Shown here: positions 1 through 10,898 of the stretch, one piece after another
How positions within the stretch are numbered: position 1 is the first letter of the stretch
How the letters are laid out: the number at the start of each line of letters is the position of its first letter
Assembly (NCBI RefSeq): GCF_006345805.1
Contig: NC_042999.1
Coordinates: forward strand, 37,758,001-37,822,000
Reading direction: 5' to 3'
DNA from: Octopus sinensis
Lineage: Eukaryota
Length of the DNA: 64,000 nt
The notes under the pieces: generated by a model
The model's database searches: none
Seen by the model: only the letters and a program-made list of their open reading frames with translations
What the model was told of the DNA's origin: nothing
Position numbers and translations under genes: made by a program

Positions 1-165
1 TATAATAATAATAATAATAATATGAAGAACAACAACAACAATAACTACAACACAGACAATAGCTTAAACTATAAATAAAAACGTTGATAAAGTCCACAAA
101 TCGTGTGAGACAATTTAAACCGTTGTTATACTACCACCACCACCACCACCACCACCACCATCACC

Positions 166-236
<71 letters not shown>
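1..236. repeat. Compound trinucleotide microsatellites (TAA)/(CAA)/(CAC)/(TAC)
   Basis: Directly visible; explains the poly-H/poly-Y ORF 84-284. Confidence 0.95.
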
Positions 237-238
<2 letters not shown>

Positions 239-245
239 TCAGATC

Positions 246-420
246 TTAGCACAAGGCCAAGACCATTCTGGTCGATTACATTGATCCCCAGTACTCAACT
301 GGTACATATTTTATTAACCCCGAAGGATGAATGAAAGGCAAAGTCGACCTCAACGGAATTTGAACTGAGGACGTGAAAACGGACGAAATACTGTGATGCA
401 CTTTGTCCTACATACTTTGT
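246..420 (-). mobile_element. SINE family A (A2 tail), degenerate fragment
   Basis: Reverse complement carries the B-box region and the GCCTTTCATCC..GGGGTCGATAAA central domain shared with other A copies. Confidence 0.8.
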
Positions 421-444
421 CCTACATACGTTATTACTTATAAT

Positions 445-663
445 GCAGGTTTCAAATTTTGGCACAAGGCCAGCAAATTTCGTGATAGGGTGTAAGTCGA
501 TTACGTCGACCCCAGTACTCAACTTGTACTTATTTTATCGACCCCGAAAAGATGAATGGCAAAGTCGACCTCGGCTGAATTCGAACTCAGAACACGAAGA
601 CAGGAAGAAATGCTGCAAAGTATTTTGCCTGGGTTTCTAACGATTCTGCTAGCACCCCGCCTT
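445..663 (-). mobile_element. tRNA-derived SINE family A2, near full length
   Basis: Head GGCGG..GCTAGCAGAATCGTTAG, B box GAGTTCGAATTC, central domain, tail GCCTTGTGCCAAAATTTGAAACC. Confidence 0.85.
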
Positions 664-688
664 ACAACTATCTATAATATTGAATAAT

Positions 689-1060
689 GGAAGCACTCCG
701 TCGGTTACGACGACGAGGGTTCCGGTTGATCCGAATCAACGGAATAGCCTGCTCGTGAAATTAACGTGTAAGTGGCTGAGCACTCCACAGACACGTAGTT
801 CTCGGGGATATTCAGCGTGACACAGAGAGTAACAAGGCCGGCCCTTTGAAATACAGGTACAATAGAAAGAGGAAGTAAGAGTGAGAGAAAGTTGTGGTGA
901 AAGAGTACAGCAGGGATCACCACCATCCCCTGCCGGAGCCTCGTGGAGCTTTAGGTGTTTTCGCTCAATAAACACTCACAACGCCCGGTCTGGGAATCGA
1001 AACCGCGATCCTATGACCGCGAGTCCGCTACCCCAACCACTGGGCCATTGCGCCTCCACT
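689..1060 (-). mobile_element. tRNA-derived SINE family C (tail type 1), full length
   Basis: Head GTGGAGGCGCAATGGCCCAGTGG (A box) and GGTTTCGATTCC (B box); 11-bp TSD TATTGAATAAT at 678-688 and 1061-1071; near-identical copy at 55027-55415. Confidence 0.95.
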
Positions 1061-1639
1061 TATTGAATAATATTGATAATACAGCTAAAGAATATTTATA
1101 CTAGTACTACTGATAATACACTTGGTAACTCTGTTAATAGGACATAATACCATTTTACCTGTTCCAAAAGCAAGATCCGTGGCTTATTGGATTTTATGTA
1201 TTTGATTATGAATTGGTGCATATTTGATTTAATCTATGCTTGTTCTTATAAAATATTTAGGAATCAAATATATAATCTGCATAAACTCCTTGACATGTTG
1301 AAATAAGTCATCGAATATACTGCAACAATAGTAATATGAAGAAAATAACTAGAAATAAGCTTCTTTATCTAAGGGAAGCAACTCAAGACGATTTGCATAC
1401 AAGGGAAATAACTTCTGATTCTAGATAAAAAGTGTCTTTTGACTTCAAGGATAAATACTAAAATTGGATGGACGTTATTTTGATACATAAAAAATAGATG
1501 TGCGTGTGGGATCACGTACGCGCACGTAAATTTATATATACATACAACAGAAACTGAAATTAGCTGCCCAGTGGATGTTAACATAAAGCTGAAGATCAAT
1601 GAAGAAGAGAACACCTATGCTGAAACATTGAGAAATCTA

Positions 1640-1815
1640 GTTACTCTATCCAGATTACAAGTTCAGGTTTATACCACTTACATACATAAATACATACATA
1701 CATGCAAAAATACCCTGTTTCTGATGTTGAAATTCCAATGAAGGAGCCTTGGATCTAGGTTAGTAACTGGTTCTTTCTCTATTGGCAAGAAATCTTGAAA
1801 TATACTGAATAATGA
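1640..1815 (+). mobile_element. Probable LINE 3' UTR fragment
   Basis: Shares GAAGGAGCCTTG...CC/TG..TCT(T/C)TC with 3281-3330, which follows the RLE-LINE ORF. Confidence 0.45.
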
Positions 1816-1829
1816 CATACATATATAAC

Positions 1830-3340
1830 AATATCCCACAATGCATTTGCAGTAGCATTGCTCATCCCAACATTTGGGATTCTTGATTGGTCTGTAGAGG
1901 AAATCTATTCCATAGATATCAGAACCTACAAAATCCTGACAACAACTGGGAACTTTCACAGACACAGTGATGTGAAAAGGCTCCACCTAAGAAGAAATGA
2001 AGGTGATAGAGGCCTGAGATCAGTGCAGATGGCCTTCGAATGCCGTATGGTATCACTCAGGCACCACCTGCTGAACAGCAGCAGCAAAAATATATATATA
2101 TGTAAACGCAGTGTTGAAAAGTGAAGTGAGCAACATTGTGCGAGTTGGCAGTGAGCTCATCAAGAAGCACACTCTTCCTGATGATCTCCTATACAGTTTC
2201 AAAACAGCTGGACTCTCTTACCTATTTCTTTATTACCCACAAGGAGCTAAACACAGAGGGGACAAACAAGGACAGACATAGGTATTAAGTCGATTACATC
2301 GACCCCAGTGCGTAACTGGTACTTAATTTATCGACCCCGAAAGGTTGAAAGGCAAAGTCGACCTCGGCGGAATTTGAACTCAGGACGTAACAGCAGACGA
2401 AATACCGCTAAGCATTTCGCCCGGCTTGCTAACGCTTCTGCCAGCTCGCCGCTTATCTCAGAGAAGACTTGGATGGAAAGCGCTCAGCATACAAGGAAAA
2501 AGGCTGCATGGGTATGTTGCACAGATGCTTGAAGGAGTCACGAAGCGCAGCCTCACTTGGACACAAGACAACTACATAACATCAAACTTTGAAGGCAATG
2601 CGTTTACAATCCAGGAACAGTTGATTGCCACAGTATCTAGTGACGCTCTTGTAATTCCAAGGTGCAACCGCATGTGTAGGCTATGTCATGTTCCTGTGGA
2701 CGACATCACACATGGGATCAGCAGCTGTCCTAAAATGTCGTTACGGTACTACATCGCTATATGACACGATGTTGCTGCTAAAACAATTTACAATGCCATC
2801 CGCAAAAAAGACTGTCCTGAAATAAACTTAGAAAATGCCTCTGTTTTGGAATACATTCATAAACACCAACTCAAGAAACACTGGTGGAATATTTCCATTA
2901 AAATTTCTGTCAAATGTAAACATAACCGGCTGGATACTGTTGTTTAGGACAGAGGGGTAAATGTATGTACAATCATAGAGGTCAGCTGCCCTGCAGATAT
3001 AAATATCTCTTTGAAAATCAAAGAAAAAGAGGTTATCTATGGACAAGTGCTTCGAAACCTCCAGCTTCTATATCCAGACTATGAATTCATATTCATACCA
3101 ATAATAATTGGAGTACTAGGTTTTGTTAGTAAATGCTTAAAGGAGAATCTGGATAAACTGGGATTTTGAGAAAGAAAAATCGACCGGATAATTCGTACAG
3201 AAGTGCAATCTGTGAGTGGAAGAGTAAAAATATGAAAGACTTTTCTCAAGTTCCAAATGTGAATTTGACTGTGTTAACTACATCCCGAAGAAGGAGCCTT
3301 GCTTCTTTGTTGGAAACCGACTCTCTCCTCAGCGGAAGAT
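1830..3340 (+). mobile_element. Decayed R4/Dong-like (restriction-like endonuclease) non-LTR retrotransposon, 3' half
   Basis: Translates to RT thumb (FAVALLIPTFGILDWS..IDIRTYKILT..HSDVKRLHLRRNEGDRGL), CCHC knuckle (CRLC..HGISSC) and RLE motif (NRLDTVV..IIEVSCP); stops and frameshifts; split by a SINE. Confidence 0.9.
2221..2452 (-). mobile_element. SINE family A1 inserted in the LINE
   Basis: Full head, central domain and A1 tail ..CTTGTGGGTAATAAAGAAATAGG. Confidence 0.95.
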
Positions 3341-3569
3341 TTATAATGATTAAAAAATAGAAGAGTCAAACATACACACACGTTTATTAGATAAAGTTTA
3401 CAGGAACACATATATCTATATATGTATTGACAAATAAATTTAGATGGAGTATAAAAAAATAAAGAAAACTGAGGGGAGAATGCATGGTTTGTATATAAAT
3501 ATCTAAATGCTTGTGCATAAGTGTTTATCTCCTGCATATTTTCAGATTTTGCATATATATATATATATA

Positions 3570-3890
3570 GGCACAGGCGTTGCTGTGCGGTAAGAAGTTT
3601 GCTTCCCAAGCACATTGTTCCGGGTTCAGTCCCACTGCGTTGCACCTTGCTCAAGTGTTTTCTACTATAGCCCTGCCTCGGGTTGGCCAAAGTCTTGTGA
3701 GTGATTTTTGGCAGACGGAAGCTGAAAGGAGCCTGACGTATATATACGACAACCAGTATTAATGTGTTTACGTCCCCATAACTTAGCGGTTCGGCGAAAA
3801 GACACCGATAGAATAAATATCAGGCTTTAGAAAACAATAAGTAGTGGGATCGATAAAATTCTTGAAGGCGGTGCCACAATATGTCCGCTA
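3570..3890 (+). mobile_element. tRNA-derived CORE-like SINE family B, diverged
   Basis: GGCACAGG head, GGTTCAGTCCC B box, CCTTG..CAAGTG CORE-like block, B-type 3' body. Confidence 0.85.
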
Positions 3891-4303
3891 TCTACAGCGA
3901 CAGAAGCAGATTTGGTTCAAAATTACATTCTTTATAACATATGAACACGGATATACAGATATAGCGTAAGAAGCTGGGAAACTGCAGCATTCATCTCAAG
4001 AAAGCAACTCATGTAGACATATAGTGTTAAAAACTACCGAAATATATCAGTAACAGACGAAAGATGTCTAGCAGCGGTGATGGAATTGCTCAGTACATAT
4101 TTCTGCTTTCTTTGGCATCGTAGTCAGTAGCAAGCATCGAATAGCAACTGCTATATGCACGCACACACACACACGCGCGCGCGTGCGCAGGGACTAAAAT
4201 GTGAATACTTTACTCAAGATCGAGTAATTACACTAAGGTGCCTTAGAATTTCTTGGCTCGGCAACCATTAGCTTCTCTCAATTCGTGAGAAGTAGATGTG
4301 GTA

Positions 4304-4494
4304 GTGGAGGCGCGTGGCTTAGTGGTTAAGGTGTTGAACTCATGATCGTAAGGTTGTGGTTTCGATTCCTAGACCGGGCGATGCGTTGTGTCCTTGAGCA
4401 AAACACTTCATTTCACGTTTCTCCAGTCCACTCAGCTGGCAAAAATTCACCGGGAAACCTGCCCTTATGAGCCTGGCATGGCTCGAGAAGAAAC
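4304..4494 (+). mobile_element. tRNA-derived SINE family D, partial
   Basis: A box TGGCTTAGTGG, B box GGTTTCGATTCC, TTGTGTCCTTGAGCAAAACACTT block as in 9666-10004. Confidence 0.8.
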
Positions 4495-4504
4495 CATTAT
4501 TTTT

Positions 4505-5262
4505 TTTTATGTGGTAGTGGGCACGAAGCCAGCAGTTTCGAGTGACGGTATAAGTCGATTACATCGATTCCAGTTTTCAGTTGGTACTTATTTAATCCAC
4601 CCCAGATGGTTAATGGACTCCGGCGGAATTTGAACTCAGAACGTAAATCCCGACGAAATACCTATTTCTTTACTACCCACAAGGGGCTAAACACAGAGAG
4701 GACAAACAAGGACAGACAAACGGATTAAGTCGATTATATTTACCCCAGGGCGTAACTGGTACTTATTTAATCGACCCCGAAAGGATGAAAGGCAAAGTCG
4801 ACCTCGGTGGAATTCGAACTCAGAACGCAGCGGCAGACGAAATACCTATTTCTTTACTACCCACAAGGGGTTAAACACAGAGAGGACAAACAAGGACAGA
4901 CAAACGGAGTAAGTCGATTATATCGACTCCAGTGCGTAACTGGTACTTATTTAATCGACCCCGAAAGGATGAAAGGCAAAGTCGACCTCGGCGGAATTCG
5001 AACTCAGAACGTAGCGGCAGACGAAATACCTATTTCTTTACTACCCGCAAGGGACACAGAGAGGACAAACAAGGACAGACAAATGGATTAAGTCGATTAC
5101 ATCGACCCCAGTGCGTAACTGGTAATTATTTAATCGACCCCGAAAGGATGAAAGGCAAAGTCGACCTCGGCGGAATTCGAACTCAGAACGTAGCGGCAGA
5201 CGAAATACCACCAGGCATTTCGCCCGGCGTGCTAACGATTCTGCTGGCTCACCACCTTGATG
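4505..5262 (-). mobile_element. SINE A concatemer: one head, three ~184-bp A1 bodies and a diverged A2-type terminal body
   Basis: Unit boundaries at 4661, 4845, 5029, 5208; each junction reads GAAATA|GGTATTTCG on the minus strand. Confidence 0.9.
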
Positions 5263-5274
5263 CTGTTTGTAATA

Positions 5275-5465
5275 ATCCTTTCTACTATAGGCACAAGGCC
5301 TGAAGGTTTTGCAGGAGGGAACTAGTTGCTTGCATCGACCCCAGTGTTCCACTGGTACTTAATTTATCGATCCCAAAAGAATCCTGAAAGGCAAAGTCGA
5401 CCTGGGAGGAATTTGAACCTCGAGCCTAAAGACGGACGAAATGTCGTTAAGCATTTCGCCTGTCT
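5275..5465 (-). mobile_element. SINE family A2
   Basis: Central domain and tail CCTTGTGCCTATAGTAGAAAGGATTATT. Confidence 0.85.
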
Positions 5466-5531
5466 TCTTTGCTTTTGTTGTACCTTTTATTGTAGAAAAA
5501 GGAAATTTAGCTCGATATGCTTATCTACAAA

Positions 5532-5604
<73 letters not shown>

Positions 5605-5609
<5 letters not shown>

Positions 5610-5845
5610 TTGAAGTATTAATTTATAAAAGTATGGTAAAGTAAAAGAATTCACTTTACCACACACCGAACTTTTCAGAAATAGCAGCCAAAAATTTGGC
5701 TATTTCTTCAACTGCAAATAAAAGTCTCCAGACAATGCATGAAGAAATAGCCAAATTTTTGGCTGCTATTTCTGAAAAGTTCGGTGTGTGGTAAAGTGAA
5801 TTCTTTTACTTTACCATATTTTTATAAATTAATATTTCAAATATA
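5605..5845. mobile_element. MITE forming a near-perfect hairpin
   Basis: ~105-bp arms 5605-5710 and 5740-5845 are reverse complements with few mismatches; 29-bp spacer; left end in a TA run. Confidence 0.85.
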
Positions 5846-6136
5846 CCGTAAATGGTCTTTACATACCGAATACTGCTTGGTCGAATTTATTAACAATTAA
5901 TTAATTCGACCCCCTTTTTTGATAACTATATATATATATATATACATATATATATTAGTACGTTTAAATATTTGTTGTGCAAGATTTTTTATGTGAAGTC
6001 GTGTGTTGAAACAGATATTGTTATATTTCGGAATGGTCATATTGCCAGTTTAGCCAATAAAAACACACGCACTATATATTTGGTGTTATTTTGCTTCAGT
6101 GATATTTATTTTTTACTTTAATCTTAATCTTATTTC

Positions 6137-6180
6137 GGCCAGAGTTCTTTCGTCACACTCCTGTGACCGCATCAGTGGTC
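6137..6180 (-). ncRNA. Type I hammerhead ribozyme-like motif (variant core)
   Basis: Minus strand: GACCA CUGAUGC G GUCACA-GGAG-UGUGAC GAAA GAAC UC^ UGGCC; 6-bp stem II, stem I CCA/UGG, A9 replaced by C. Confidence 0.6.
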
Positions 6181-6208
6181 CTTTGTTTTCTTCTTTCTTA
6201 TATATATA

Positions 6209-6370
6209 TGTGTGTGTGTGTCTGTTTGTCCCCCTAGCATTGCTTGACAACTGATGCTGTTGTATTTACGTCCCCGTCACTTAGCGGTTCAGCAAAAGCG
6301 ACTGATAGAATAAGTACTGGGCTTACAAAGAATAAGTCCCGGGGTCTATTTTCTCGACTAAAGGCGGTCC
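6209..6370 (+). mobile_element. SINE family B, 3' body fragment
   Basis: TTTGTCCCCC..GCTTGACAAC..CTTAGCGGTTC..GATAGAATAAGTAC. Confidence 0.85.
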
Positions 6371-6429
6371 TGTGCGAGGTCACTGGAGATAGCGAGCCAT
6401 TCGCGGTTCCATCTGCGCAGACCGACCAC

Positions 6430-6765
6430 GTGAATGGTGGCCAATCGTTCTCGAGGGTGTGGAGCTGGAGGATGTGGAGTCCTTCGTCTACCTGGGTTCA
6501 ACGGTGTTTCCAACGGGCCAGGGTGCAACCGAGGTCGAGCGTCTCATAGGCGCTGCCAGATCCGCATTCGTGCGCCTCCAGCGGTGCCTGTAGGACAGAA
6601 GAGAGATCGATCTCCCCGGTGACCAAAGGGCGAATCTACCAGGCTGTCGTTCATACTATCCTCCTATATGGTTGTGAAACACGGCCTATGAGGGTAGTCG
6701 ATCAGTGAGGGCTGGAGGTGTTCGACAATGACTGTCTTCGCCGCATTCTTCATGTGTGGATGCAT
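6430..6765 (+). mobile_element. RTE-clade LINE fragment (RT C-terminal region)
   Basis: LEDVESFVYLGSTV..EVERLIGAARSAFVRL..KGRIYQAVVHTILLYGCET..LEVFDNDCLRRIL, broken by stops and frameshifts. Confidence 0.85.
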
Positions 6766-7051
6766 TTATGTAAATACATCCATCTTCGTTTATTCCAAGG
6801 GTTTGGTTCCCCCCCCCCCACAAAAAAAAACACGGCGATAACCGAATCATCTCCACGCACTTTGTGAATGGAATGTATGGTAGATTCATTGCCACCAAGT
6901 CACTACCATCAGTAGTGAAGCTTCCACCGTCACCTATTTTCTTGATCATCTCTACATTTTCTTGTAAAGAACAACATTTATTTATGTCGTTTGTTAGGGT
7001 CAGGCACCTTCATACTTTTACTCTTCGCTGGTCCCACTGTGAAGGATATGT

Positions 7052-7326
7052 AATCTATCTATCTATCCGCTCAGTCGAAGTCGACTCTCGGTTACTCGAT
7101 GGATCAGTGTTCACCAGCCAGTTCTATCTTGGGTCGCTTCTTTCAGATTAGCTATGACCATTCCCGTGTCACTCTTGATGGTGTCAAACCAGCGGGTTCT
7201 TGGTCGGCCTCTTCCTCTCTTGCCACTGACCATGATGTTCTTCTCCAGGGATTTCCCCCGCATAATATGACAAAAATCTATGCTTGGTGATCCTAGCTTC
7301 TAGCGACAGTTTCGGCTTGATCTGGT
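7052..7326 (-). mobile_element. RTE (BovB-like) LINE 3' end
   Basis: Minus-strand ..SLEARITK..HIMRGKSLEKNIM..RGRPRTRWFDTIK..DRTGW..LIHRVTESRLRL, then a short (GATA)n tail. Confidence 0.8.
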
Positions 7327-8086
7327 ATGTAAATCCGTATTGAAAATACGCAGGCTCATAATATGGTCATGTTAACACAAGCGCTAGTCAGCGCATTCTG
7401 GGTGGTTGTTGGGGCTCATTTTTGCGGTACAAGCAGAATCTTTGACTGATCGCCAACCCGTGTTAGCACACATCGGTCCGTGATAAGCATAACATGATTC
7501 ATAATTGAGCAAACCGTGTTATCCAGGATAGGAGATGATTGAATCAGTGATAAACAAGGCTACATGTATTTATATACGAACATGTACACGCACACAGATA
7601 CACAACACACACACATGCATACATACATATCACAAGTCATATATATACACAAGAGACTCTGGCTTGTTTCAACATAACGTAATTAAGTACTCTAGTAACT
7701 GAGAAGCCGACGCGTCTAATCTAAGATGTTCGTTTGCAAACAATACGGATGTCGTACGAATACTTGACACTGTGTTGAATACAGTTAGAGAATTTCACAA
7801 GAGCTACAGTAGCAACAACAACAACAAGTTATAGTAGTAGTAGTAGTAATAGTAGTAGTAGTCGAGCAGTACTGAATTACATGAACACTACTTCAATAAT
7901 AAACTATCGATTCTCTAGAGGAGACGACAAAAGCTAATAATGGCAGCACCTTTGAACCAAGGCTAAAATCTATATAACACAATAATGAAGGAATTCTTGA
8001 AAGAAATTGTCATCTTCTTTTTGATCTCAACAACGAAGCTGTTCTAGGAAAGACACGCACATCACACACATACATAAACATACACA

Positions 8087-8148
<62 letters not shown>

Positions 8149-8331
8149 CAGATGCATGTATACACACATACATTCAATATATTCTAAGAAGCTTCAAGTC
8201 GTATTTCTTTGCTTTCTGTCTGTCTGTCTTTTACTTTTTCATTAGATTTTCTCCTATTTCTTGGAGGTTTTTTTCTTCGATTTCTTGTAGTTATTGATTT
8301 TCTTTAATGGTGTTGCTGTTGTTGCTGTTCT

Positions 8332-8368
<37 letters not shown>

Positions 8369-8828
8369 TTGTTGTTGTTATTGTTGTTGCCATCGTTGTT
8401 GTTTATCCTCAGGTCAGCCTTGGTGGAGCATATCTAGGATCAAAGGTATGAATCATGAACAACCCATCTTTTTGTACAACTAACACTATATTAGACTCTG
8501 TCTCTATCCTCTTTATTCGGTAGAACTGTGAGGAGAGGAAGATTCGACAGTTATTTCTAGCAAACCGCGCTACCACTCAGACATAACCCCGTTGCCTCGT
8601 TATTTGGTTATCTGCGGTGGTAACATTGTCGTTATTCTTCATGTTTAACCCCAGCTCAGCCCCAGGAGGAGCAGACATTCCTGTCGAAACCATCCTACTT
8701 TTTTCTCCTGCGTGCAGGTAACTCAGTTTTGTGGTGGTTGCCGTGGTTGTTATGGTGATTAAAGTAGTAATAAGTGTTGGTGCTGCTGGGGCGATAGTGT
8801 TAGTGGTGGTGATTTGACTAAAAGTCAA

Positions 8829-9232
8829 GGCGGCGAACTGGTGGAAACGTTAGTAGCACGCCAGACGAAATGCTCACCGGTATTTCGTCTGCCGCTACGT
8901 TCTGAGTTCAAATTCAGCCGAGGTCGACTTTGCCTTTCATCCTTTCGGGGTCGATAAATTAAGTACCAGTTACGCACTGGGGTCGATATAATCGACTTAA
9001 TCCGTTTGTCTGTCCTTGTTTGTCCTCTCTGTGTTTAACCCCTTGTGGGTAGTAAAGAAATAGGTATTTCGTCTGCCGCTACGTTCTGAGTTCAAATTCC
9101 GCCGACGTCGACTTTGCCTTTCATCCTTTCGGAGTCGGTAAATTCAGTACCAGTGAAACACTGGTGGTCAATGTAATCGACTTATACACTCCTCCACAAT
9201 TTCAAGCCTTGTGCCTATAGTAGAAAGGGTTT
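8829..9232 (+). mobile_element. SINE A dimer: diverged head, A1 body (8879-9062) and A2-tailed body
   Basis: Junction AAAGAAATA|GGTATTTCG at 9062/9063; 184-bp unit. Confidence 0.9.
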
Positions 9233-9269
9233 GACTATAAGCCAAATACCTTAATCACTAGGCCTCCAT

Positions 9270-9308
<39 letters not shown>

Positions 9309-9380
9309 TTAGCATATCGCTGAATTAGCCATAAATTTTTATAGTAAAAAAATATATGCTGACAACCGTGTTTAGCTAAA

Positions 9381-9468
9381 CCATTGAGCGCCTGAGTAGT
9401 CATTACTGATGAGCCTACCATTAATAGGTGAAACAACTCTACTTTAATGATACTACATACGCTCATGG
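9381..9468 (+). ncRNA. Extended type I hammerhead ribozyme motif
   Basis: Core CUGAUGA 9406-9412, stem II GCCUA/UAGGU, GAAA 9430-9433; long bulged stem I CCAUUGAGCG..GUAGUCAUUA / UAAUGAUACUAC..CGCUCAUGG; stem III poorly paired. Confidence 0.7.
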
Positions 9469-9665
9469 GTGGGTTATCTCCCCTGTCAGAGCATACATAT
9501 TGCGCGCGTCTTATAACCTTAAGAGTTTTAAACTCATGTTTCTTGCAATACAAGTGCTTCGGTTACCTCAGTTACAATTAGTGACGATACAAGTTTTCCT
9601 ATCTGTGTGTGTGTGTGTAACGAAACAGGAAAATGGAAATTCTTTGGTATTATTTATTCTCCCAT

Positions 9666-10004
9666 GTGAAGGCGCATGGCTCAGTTGTTAGAGCGTCGAG
9701 CTTACGATCGTGGGGTTGTGAGTTCGAATACTTGACCGGGCTGCGTGTTGTGTTCTTGAACAAGACACTTTATTTGACGTTGCTCCAGTTCACTCAGCTG
9801 TAGAAATGAGTTGCAACGTCACAGGTGCCAGGCTGTATCGGCCTTTGCCTTTCTCTTGGATAACACTGGTGCCGTGGAGAGGAGAGGCCGGTATGCATGG
9901 GCGACTGCTGGTCTTCCATAAACAACCTTGCCCAGACTTGTGCCTGGGAGGGTAACTTTCTAGGTGCAATCCCACAGTCAGTCATGACCGAAGGGGGTCT
10001 CAGC
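9666..10004 (+). mobile_element. tRNA-derived SINE family D, full length
   Basis: A box TGGCTCAGTTG, B box GAGTTCGAATAC; TSD ATTTATTCTCC(C)AT at 9652-9665 and 10005-10017. Confidence 0.9.
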
Positions 10005-10164
10005 ATTTATTCTCCATTACAGGTGTTTCATTAACTACTAGGAAGTACAAAGATTTACATGTTATGGAATTTCCTATTAGAAATTTATCAGAGAATTTCT
10101 TTTTATAATAGCATTTTCATGTTTTATTATACAATAAGTCAGCAAATGATAGATTATTTTATTA

Positions 10165-10385
10165 TTTTACTCGTTTCAGTCATTTAACTGCGGCTATGTT
10201 GGAGCACCGCCTTAATGGATTTTAGTCGAAGTAAACGACCATAGGATTTATTCTTTGTAAGCCGAGTACTTATTCTATCAGTTTCTTTTGCCGATCCGCT
10301 AGGTTACGTTAACATAAACCCACTAACATCAGTTGTCAAACGATGGTGGGGGAGACAAACACAAACACAAAGACGCACACACATA
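10165..10385 (-). mobile_element. SINE family B, 3' body
   Basis: Reverse complement of the B body and tail. Confidence 0.85.
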
Positions 10386-10434
10386 AATATACATACATAC
10401 ATACATACATACATACATACATACATACATACAT

Positions 10435-10465
<31 letters not shown>

Positions 10466-10529
10466 AATATATATATATATATATATATAGGAAATATAGA
10501 AGTTGAAAATGCACTGAGGATAGTCAAAA

Positions 10530-10603
<74 letters not shown>

Positions 10604-10650
10604 TATTATTATTATTACTACTATTATTATTATTATTATTATTATTTTAT
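10386..10650. repeat. (CATA)n, (CA)n, (TA)n and (ATT)n microsatellites
   Basis: Direct. Confidence 0.95.
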
Positions 10651-10790
10651 TTAAAGGTACCGGTCTCACAGTTCACACTCGTCTTATTTGTATCTTACAA
10701 TGCACATTTCGACGCTTATAAAAAACCCAAATATTTGTTTATGTATGTATATATATTTGGTCAATGAGGGAAGATATGAGGATGTTTATT

Positions 10791-10898
10791 AACCGCTACA
10801 ATTGTTTCGACCCAAGAAGCACCGATCCCTCACTGATTGGATACTTGACAACTGGTTTAGGAGTATTCATCGATGTAGATGCCTCTCTTCAGGTGATT
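10791..10898 (-). ncRNA. Type I hammerhead-like motif with long (~77 nt) stem II insert
   Basis: Minus strand: AAUCAC CUGAAGA [GAGGCAUC..GGUGCUUC UUGGGUC] GAAA CAAUUG UA^ GCGGUU; palindromic CAAUUG stem III. Confidence 0.6.

Noticed and set aside
84-284. Homopolymeric and dipeptide ORFs (poly-H/Y/I/L/N, YI, CV, LSIY) here and throughout the ORF track
   Set aside because: They are translations of microsatellites, not genes.
6800-7000. Possible mariner HTH remnant
   Set aside because: Similarity too weak and no termini found.
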